Source of the DNA: Epithemia pelagica
Taxonomy: Eukaryota; Protista; Bacillariophyta
NCBI GenBank assembly: GCA_946965045.2
Contig: OX337229.1
Span: 248,001 to 312,000, forward strand
Reading direction: 5' to 3'
Length of the DNA stretch: 64,000 bases
Shown here: positions 57,216 through 64,000 of the stretch, piece after piece
Layout: every line of letters starts with the position of its first letter
Numbering within the stretch: the first letter of the stretch is position 1
Notes under the pieces: generated by a model
The model's database searches: none
What the model saw: only the letters and a program-made list of their open reading frames with translations
Told to the model about the DNA's origin: nothing
Program-made: the position numbers and the translations under genes

Positions 57216-59843
57216 ATGTCCTCCTCCTCGTCTCCGGCTCGCAAAAAGGCTCGTACTCCAGTCTCGACCGCCGGCCGTTCGGTGGTGGATTTTGTGGACG
57301 ATTCCGAATTGCGCGAGGCCTTGCAAACGGTGACACCGCAAGGCATTGCCACCAACGATTGGATCTTGCCCGTGCCCGATCCCGAAGCCGAAGAGCAATC
57401 CGTCGAGGGCGAATTGGCCCGATTGCGGACCTTGCAATCCTACTTTTTGTTGGATGCCGAACCGGATCCCGCCTTTGATGCCTTGACGCAAGAAGCGAGC
57501 CGCATTTTTGGCGTGCCCACCTCGTTGATTTCTCTCGTGGATTTGGGCCGCCAATACTTGTTTAGCAATACCGGGGCCAATGGCGTGCGGGAAACGGCGC
57601 GCGATGTCGCCTTTTGTTCCCATACCATTTTGAATCAAAGTGACAATGGTGTCTTGGTGGTGCCCGACACAACGCTCGATGCCCGCTTTCAAGACAATCC
57701 CTTGGTGACGGACGCGCCGAATTTGCGCTTTTATGCCGGTGCCTCCCTCATTTCGCCCGAAGGCCATCGATTGGGCACCTTTTGTGTCGAAGGTCCGGAA
57801 CCGCGTCCCTTTTCGGACAGCGACACGCACAAACTCAAGGACTATGCCGCCACGGCCATGGAACTCATGGTCCAACGCCGCAAGGAATTGCGCGATCGGT
57901 TGGGTGGGGGCAATGCCAATAGTAATAACAACAATCATTGGCTCCGTCATGCCAGTGTGACCACCAATTTGGGCGATGCCATGTTTTCGCACGGCGATTC
58001 CATTACCGCCATGCAACTCTTTCAAGAATCGGTTCAAACCATTTTGCGCCATGCGCCGCCGGCTGGAACCGAACCTCAAGATCAGGACAAGGACACGAAG
58101 AAGAAGGAGGATGGCGACGACAAGCCGACGCCGCAAGACGAAGAACGTCACACCAAAATGGTCGACTTGCTCCGGGATTTGTTGCACACCACCAAGAGCG
58201 ATGAGGCATCTTCCTCCTCCAAGACGGACCAGAAGAAGCAAGTCATGGCGCTCGTCAAGGACTTGTTTGCGGAAAGTTCCAAGACTTCTTCGTCTTCTTC
58301 CTCGGACGCACCCGTGTCCAGTGGCGCGAGTCATGTGAGTACGAGCAGCAGTACCACTGGCTACACGGGCTTGCATCCCCACAGTGGCATTCCCGGCTTG
58401 TTCAATACCGTGACCAAACTCAAGGGAGTGAGTGCGCCGCGGCCCTTGCCGCCCCTCGTCTTTGACGAAGCCTTTACGATTGACATGACGGGCACCCAAG
58501 AAGAAGCCGCCTGTTGTGCCGGACCCGTCCCCTTTCCCGTGGACGAACGACCCTGGACCGTGTCCATGGGCGAATGTTCCAAGGCGACTCTCTTCAATAT
58601 GGGTCTGATTCATTATCATTGGTGTCGACCCGATACGGCCCTCCAATTCTTTCACTTGGCGGCCTCGGTGTCGCACAAGTTTTCGCCCCTCAATTTTGAC
58701 CCGGTCGATTTGTGTTCGGTCAACAACATGGCCCAAATTCATTTGTTGTTGCGCAAACCCGAAGAAGCCCTGTCCATGCTCCAAGAAACCCTCAAACGCG
58801 GCAATGCCACACTGGCCGCTCTCTACAAGTCGATTGAACAAAAACAACAACAGCAACAGCAATCGACTGCGGCGACAACATCCACAACAACAGAACCAGC
58901 GTCTCAAGCCAGTGCGGATGCGACCAACAAGAATGGCCTCAAGACAACTGATACAACGGAGGAAGCCAAGGAAGAAGAAGATCCCGAAGCCTTGGCACAA
59001 TTAATGGTGGAAGAAGACAATGACGAGGCGGCGCGCAAGACACGGCGATTGCGCCGCAAGTTGGCCCGTACCTTGCTCGATATTGGTCATGTGCACTTTT
59101 TCAACAATGATTTGGACAAGGCCTTGTCGAGTTGTCGCGAAGCCATTACCTTGGTGGACGATCACATGCCCGGCATTACGCTGGCCGCCGCCTGGTACAA
59201 TTTGAGTCTGGTCTTGCATCATCAAGGCCACAATAGCGAAGCCTTGTCCTGTTTGGAAAATTTTGGTCACGTCGCCCGGACCAATCAATTGATTGACAAG
59301 GATCATGTCCAATTTGGCGATGCCAGTCAACTCAAGGGCGCCATGTTGTTTGATATGGGACACTATCAAGAATGTGTCGAGGCCTTGAATGAAGCCCTGA
59401 GAATTCGAAGACTTCAATTTGGTTCCTCCAGTGGCATTTTGGTGGAAACCTTGGGATTGCTCGGCAAGGCCTACTTGGCCCAGGACGACCACGTTGATTT
59501 GGCCATTCAAGCCTTGACGGAATGCATTGAGATTGAAAACAAAACCAACAGTAGTACGACAACAACCGTGAATGCCAATGGCAAACGCTCCGCTGCGGCC
59601 GAAGCGCACACGAGTTTGTCCTTGGAAGCGGCCCAAACCATGTTGGATTTGGGACGAGCCTATCAAATCAAGGGCGATTTGTCCGCGTCGCAAGCTCAGT
59701 ACGAACAAGTGCACGATTGGGCCAAGGCCTTTTTTGGAACCCAACATGCCTTTCCCACACGCATTGGCACGTTGCTGGAAAAATTGCGGTCCGAAGCGCC
59801 CGCATCAGCCGCAGGAGCCGGAGCTCCCTTGGTGGCTCATTAA
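57216..59843 (+). CDS. GAF-domain + TPR-repeat protein (intronless)
   Basis: E..RL.TLQSYFLLD...FDALT..ASRIFGVP.SLISLVD..RQ, AFCSHTI, DARFQDNPLV, RFYAGASLISPEGHRLGTFCV (GAF). C-terminal TPR-like repeats (LARTLLDIGHVHF...ALSSCREAI, AAAWYNLSLVLHHQG, ALNEALRIRRLQFG). Confidence 0.9.
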   Translation: MSSSSSPARKKARTPVSTAGRSVVDFVDDSELREALQTVTPQGIATNDWILPVPDPEAEEQSVEGELARLRTLQSYFLLDAEPDPAFDALTQEASRIFGVPTSLISLVDLGRQYLFSNTGANGVRETARDVAFCSHTILNQSDNGVLVVPDTTLDARFQDNPLVTDAPNLRFYAGASLISPEGHRLGTFCVEGPEPRPFSDSDTHKLKDYAATAMELMVQRRKELRDRLGGGNANSNNNNHWLRHASVTTNLGDAMFSHGDSITAMQLFQESVQTILRHAPPAGTEPQDQDKDTKKKEDGDDKPTPQDEERHTKMVDLLRDLLHTTKSDEASSSSKTDQKKQVMALVKDLFAESSKTSSSSSSDAPVSSGASHVSTSSSTTGYTGLHPHSGIPGLFNTVTKLKGVSAPRPLPPLVFDEAFTIDMTGTQEEAACCAGPVPFPVDERPWTVSMGECSKATLFNMGLIHYHWCRPDTALQFFHLAASVSHKFSPLNFDPVDLCSVNNMAQIHLLLRKPEEALSMLQETLKRGNATLAALYKSIEQKQQQQQQSTAATTSTTTEPASQASADATNKNGLKTTDTTEEAKEEEDPEALAQLMVEEDNDEAARKTRRLRRKLARTLLDIGHVHFFNNDLDKALSSCREAITLVDDHMPGITLAAAWYNLSLVLHHQGHNSEALSCLENFGHVARTNQLIDKDHVQFGDASQLKGAMLFDMGHYQECVEALNEALRIRRLQFGSSSGILVETLGLLGKAYLAQDDHVDLAIQALTECIEIENKTNSSTTTTVNANGKRSAAAEAHTSLSLEAAQTMLDLGRAYQIKGDLSASQAQYEQVHDWAKAFFGTQHAFPTRIGTLLEKLRSEAPASAAGAGAPLVAH

Positions 59844-60253
59844 CCAGCACACAAACAAGGATTGGGGTGTAGTATTGTATTGTTGTATCAACCAAAAACG
59901 TCGTAGTAGTCGCATAGAAGAACAAACCCATGCACAAAGGTGTGCTATTCATTTTTTTAGAATCTTGTTTATGCTACTCTTGTTGTCGTTTTGGTTTGCT
60001 AGAGAATTGCAATGATCTACAGGCGCGCAAGTTTTGACCGAGACTTGGGATTGTGTATCGGTCGAGAGTGTTCTATTTTCTACATACCTCGGGGCGACTA
60101 CCTACAACAGGAACCTTGGTGATTGGTGCAGTAACAGCGACACAACAGACACCAAACTCATTTTGGTTGCCATGGGGGATGGTTCCAGTCGTCTCGCCGG
60201 TCCATGTTTCTAGGTAGGTAGTTTGGTTCTCGCACCGAATCTCATTTCTCAGT

Positions 60254-60285
<32 letters not shown>

Positions 60286-60526
60286 AGTTTGATCGATTGG
60301 ATCGTGGTCGCTTGTCAGCAAACGAGATTGACAGCAGGCCAACGAGCGAGAAATTCTGCAAGGATTGCCCTTCTTGTCGTGCTCGTGGCCCAAGTCATGT
60401 GCATTCTATTTATGTGGGGGTGCCAAGGACATGAAACTGAGCAGTGGAACGCTTCCTTCCCTCTCTTGGGGATGATTCTGCCATGGACGCGGATCGCTGT
60501 TCAAACGGAGAATGGTCCACCATCAT

Positions 60527-61291
60527 TCACGACGTCGATTCTTTGCATGGTTTTTCCTTCTCCTTCTCTTCTTGCGGCGCCGGCAGGTATTGATAGAGGC
60601 TGGGCAATTCTCGACCCAATCCATTGTAATCGAGACCGTATCCCACGACAAAGTAATTGGGAATGCAAAAGCCAATGACATGCAGGGGTGGTGCGGGATG
60701 GAGCGTCATGCTGGGTTTGTGCAAGAGGGTACAGACCGTGAGGGACCGTGGTCCGTGTCCTTCCAAGAGCGGTACCACGGCATGCATGGTGTGACCCGTA
60801 TCGACAATATCTTCCACCACCACGACATGGGCTGCCTTCAATTCCGACGGTTCGGGTTGCAACAAGACTTGAACCTTTTGCGTCGATTCCATGCCTTGAT
60901 ACGATTGCGTGCGCAACACACTGATTCGGCATTCGGGCGGTGGCGGTTGGTGGGTTGTAGTAGTATCCATGTCGTGGCATCGTATCGCGTTGGAATAGGC
61001 TCGAATCAAATCCATGGCAAACATCATGGCGCCCTTGAGTAAAATCACAAACACCACCGATGAAGGGGCACCGACGGTTTCTTGTTGTTCTTCTTGATGA
61101 TGATCAGGTTGGTTGCCATTGGTGGTGGGAGCATGACCATTGGTGTGCGGCTGCTGCTGTTGTTGGTGGGGGTAAAAGCGTGTGGCCAATTCGTGACCCA
61201 TGGCCGTCACCCGATCTTGAATTTCTTGCTCCGACAAGTAGGGAACAAAGATCTTGTCGCCCAATTGGACCTGGGAAGGAGGAGCCTTCAT
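60527..61291 (-). CDS. HPRT: Hypoxanthine(-guanine) phosphoribosyltransferase
   Basis: ILLKGAMMFAMDL, RTQSYQG, PRPP motif VVVVEDIVDTGHTM, TLLHKP, YFVVGYGLDYNGLGRELP. Confidence 0.95.
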   Translation of the reverse strand: MKAPPSQVQLGDKIFVPYLSEQEIQDRVTAMGHELATRFYPHQQQQQPHTNGHAPTTNGNQPDHHQEEQQETVGAPSSVVFVILLKGAMMFAMDLIRAYSNAIRCHDMDTTTTHQPPPPECRISVLRTQSYQGMESTQKVQVLLQPEPSELKAAHVVVVEDIVDTGHTMHAVVPLLEGHGPRSLTVCTLLHKPSMTLHPAPPLHVIGFCIPNYFVVGYGLDYNGLGRELPSLYQYLPAPQEEKEKEKPCKESTS

Positions 61292-61935
61292 GCTTGTAGT
61301 ATCAAGAGAATTGGTGACCTACTACTTGTGCTTGTCGTTTGGCGTCGATTCTGTAAAGAAAAATGAGACCGCGGATGGAGGAGAGAGGATGTTTTGTAGG
61401 TCTGACAGACAGACTCCCTATCTTCAGTCGCAGAAACGATTCGGTCGTTCTGCGTCAGCGTCGGGCAGCTGCTACCGGGCTTCGTGGAGAGAATGTCCGG
61501 TCCGCTCCTTCCTTCCGAGTGGGGCATGTGGTCTCTTAGTACACTTGAGCTCGCAGTCATCTTGGTGGGATTCATTCGGAAGCTCAAAGATCCAACGAAC
61601 GGATCTTGGATCCGAAGGAAAGATCCGTTGACTACAATACAATCAAAGCTACTCTTTATTATTATACAGAGCGATAGAGCCGTTAGAGGACGTTTGGAGT
61701 ACTTCCGACTTTCTCGTTGCTTCTCTCACCTTTTTGTGTGTGTCGTCGACCCAAGATTTGCACAGAAGAGCGAGAAAAAGATCCGAATCCAGTGCAGTTT
61801 TCCAAAACCGATCTTGGACAACAACGACTCAACAGATCTCCAAGGCGGTGTCTCCTCTTCTCTTGTAGAAGCTCACAAAACAAACAGCAAACCGCAAAAA
61901 GCCAATTAAAACAAACAAAGAAACTAAGAAACAAG

Positions 61936-63044
61936 ATGAGTGTCCCCTTGTACCCCGCCATTGTCATGGAAGGTGATTTGTCACCCGATGCCGTTGGATC
62001 CGACGTGGACGACGTTTGTCAAGAAATTCACGATGCCTGCAAAGGCTTTGGGACCGACGAAGAGTACGTTCTTTAAGGACCAGATGCTGCTGCAAGTTCT
62101 TCTTCAAAGTTGCTCACAATGTTCATATTTATTTGTGTCTATTCTAATTCGTATTCTTGTTTGTCTACAGTCGTTTGCTCACGGCCATGGGTGGCATGAC
62201 GCCGGACATGCGAACCAAGGTGCCGTTGCGGTACAAGGAATTGTATGGCGATACCAAGGAATTGAAAAAGATTATGAAATCGGAATGTGGGAGTCGCGAT
62301 TTTGGTACGGCCTTGCAATTGTTGGCCGTGCCCCCGCATGTGGCGGAATGTGACATGATTGCCTTGGCCTGCAAGGGCCTGGGGACGAATGAAAAACTGC
62401 TGAGTTCGATTTTACTTGGACGGACCAATGCCGAATTGGAATTGTTGAAAAAGACATACTTTGACTTGCATACCAGTGATTTGGGACGCGATTTGGACAA
62501 GGAATTGGGCGGCCATTACGAACAATTGATCGTCAATGTCCTGCAAGCCAGTGAAAAAGACTACGATCCCGAATACCATACGGAAGACAAGGCCAAGGAA
62601 GATGCCGAATCCTTGTACCAAATGGGACAAGGCAAATGGGGGACCAATGAAAAGGGATTGTTCAAACTCTTGTGTAGCATGCCACCGGAATACTTTGCCA
62701 CGGTCAATCAAGTCTATGCCACAGAATATGGCTATACCCTTCCCAAGGTGATGGAAAAGGAATTTGGTGGCGACGTCCAATGGGCCGCCCTCTTTTTGGT
62801 TCAATTCAAATTGAAACCGCACGAGACAGTGGCCAACTTGATTCACGAAGCCTGCAAAGGCTTTGGTACCAACGAATTGCTCTTGACCGTCACCTTGATT
62901 CGATACCAAGCCATTTTGAAGGATGTCCAGACGGCCTATGTCGAAAAATATGGCAAAACCTTGCCAGAGGTTATTACCAGTGAAACCGGGGGCGATTATC
63001 GAAAGATTTTACTGCAAATTGTCGCCACGGCCGAGGAACTCTAG
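61936..63044 (+). CDS. Annexin (4 repeats), 2 exons (intron 62064-62170)
   Basis: ACKGFGTDE, ACKGLGTNEKLLSSILLGRT, KWGTNE, ACKGFGTNELLLTVTL, SETGGDYRKILL. GTACGT...CAG intron joins in frame. Confidence 0.96.
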
Positions 63045-63394
63045 AAATCAACAAAAGGACTACCTAGTGTCGTCCATCGTACGGCAGAACCGACAAGACG
63101 TTGTGTATGTGTAATGATTCACAGGGGTCTACCAAGAAGAAGCATGTGTGTGTGTATTGGATGGACTGGTCTTTTTCTCGTTTCTTTCGGCATGACATTG
63201 TGAACTAGAAACCACAACGTATCGATAAAAGTATATAGAAACAAGCGGTATTTTATCAGCGTATCAATACAAACTGTATGCCCGAGTACAACTAGCCGAC
63301 TCAGCTAGTAGTCTGTGACGTTCCCTTCCCTTTGAATCACATTTTGCTCTAATACGACAAGGTCAATCCTTTGCCATCTACCGTATTTACGGTA

Positions 63395-64000
63395 TTACAC
63401 CTTCTTTTTCTTGGTTGACGGAGTGTTTGCATTGGCAGTCTCTTCCAGGAGCCATTGTCGAACCGTTTCATGGATATAGGTTCGGGCCGCTACAATGGGA
63501 GGACGGTCCGTCGGTAGGGACGCATGAGTCCAAAAATGATGACTGGCACCCGGAATCATAATGGAGGGAAGCGACTCCTTCGTTCTCGTTTCTGTTGAAC
63601 GACGACGACGACGAGACCGACGATGACTGTCTGATGGTTCCTCCCATTTCGTCGTACCATCCAGCAACATGTCATGCGTCGTGACGGTTGTGTTGTTAGG
63701 AAAAAGTGCCAATTCACTCCAGGGATCCACTTGTCCATTCAGGGACAGGATCCGCGTCGAATCCGTCCCAAACTCCCGTCCCCCATAATAGTCCCTGGTT
63801 TCTTGCACGGCCGCCTGAACTTGAAAGGCCGTCAGACCAAAGGCCACCTGGCACAGTTGCAAATCTTGCGTCACCACATGCCATCCTCGGGCAAAGGGAC
63901 AGGCCTTATTATGGTTGAGGGGACAGGTTTGATAAAAGCCAAATTCCGTGCATGTTTGCCACAACCACGATCGAAAGCCATTGGTTTTGTGCGTCAAGGC
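63395..64000 (-). CDS. Serine peptidase family S28 (prolylcarboxypeptidase / thymus-specific serine protease-like), 3' part; gene continues beyond the window
   Basis: RSWLWQTCTEFGFYQTC, TRILSLNGQVDPWSEL (catalytic Asp region), IPGASHHFWT (catalytic His region). Confidence 0.9.
   Translation of the reverse strand, partial: ALTHKTNGFRSWLWQTCTEFGFYQTCPLNHNKACPFARGWHVVTQDLQLCQVAFGLTAFQVQAAVQETRDYYGGREFGTDSTRILSLNGQVDPWSELALFPNNTTVTTHDMLLDGTTKWEEPSDSHRRSRRRRRSTETRTKESLPSIMIPGASHHFWTHASLPTDRPPIVAARTYIHETVRQWLLEETANANTPSTKKKKV

Noticed and set aside
57201-59000. 599-aa minus-strand ORF
   Set aside because: Antisense shadow of the GAF-TPR gene; no motifs.

Overview
Eukaryotic nuclear DNA, most likely from a pennate diatom (inference from short GT-AG introns, a signal peptide plus AFTP plastid-targeting motif, and CAA/ACA-rich low-complexity coding tracts). 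No rRNA, tRNA or CRISPR array was seen. (i) 1-13.4 kb is a ~5.9-kb direct segmental duplication (offset ~7.3 kb) with patchy identity, carrying broken O-fucosyltransferase-like and DUF900 alpha/beta-hydrolase genes. (ii) Host genes: a large ankyrin-repeat protein, a cytochrome P450, an ABCC/MRP transporter, a plastid RsuA/RluE-type pseudouridine synthase, an ABCF ATPase, a GAF-TPR protein, HPRT, an annexin and the 3' part of an S28 serine peptidase. (iii) A cluster of three mucin-stalk type I membrane proteins, two sharing an unrecognised Cys-containing ectodomain. (iv) Mobile or selfish DNA: a complete 948-bp non-autonomous hAT element (16-bp TIRs, 8-bp TSD), a palindrome-rich 450-bp element, a decayed nuclease-kinase gene with a fold-back hairpin, and, most interesting, an intronless Crinkler-type NTPase + restriction-endonuclease-fold gene bracketed by a ~260-290 bp direct repeat. 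That repeat duplicates the last codons and 3' UTR of the neighbouring host gene and has a 48-bp perfectly identical core, the arrangement expected from attP x attB-like integration of a 2.4-kb circle. All similarity calls are by eye; no database search was run.
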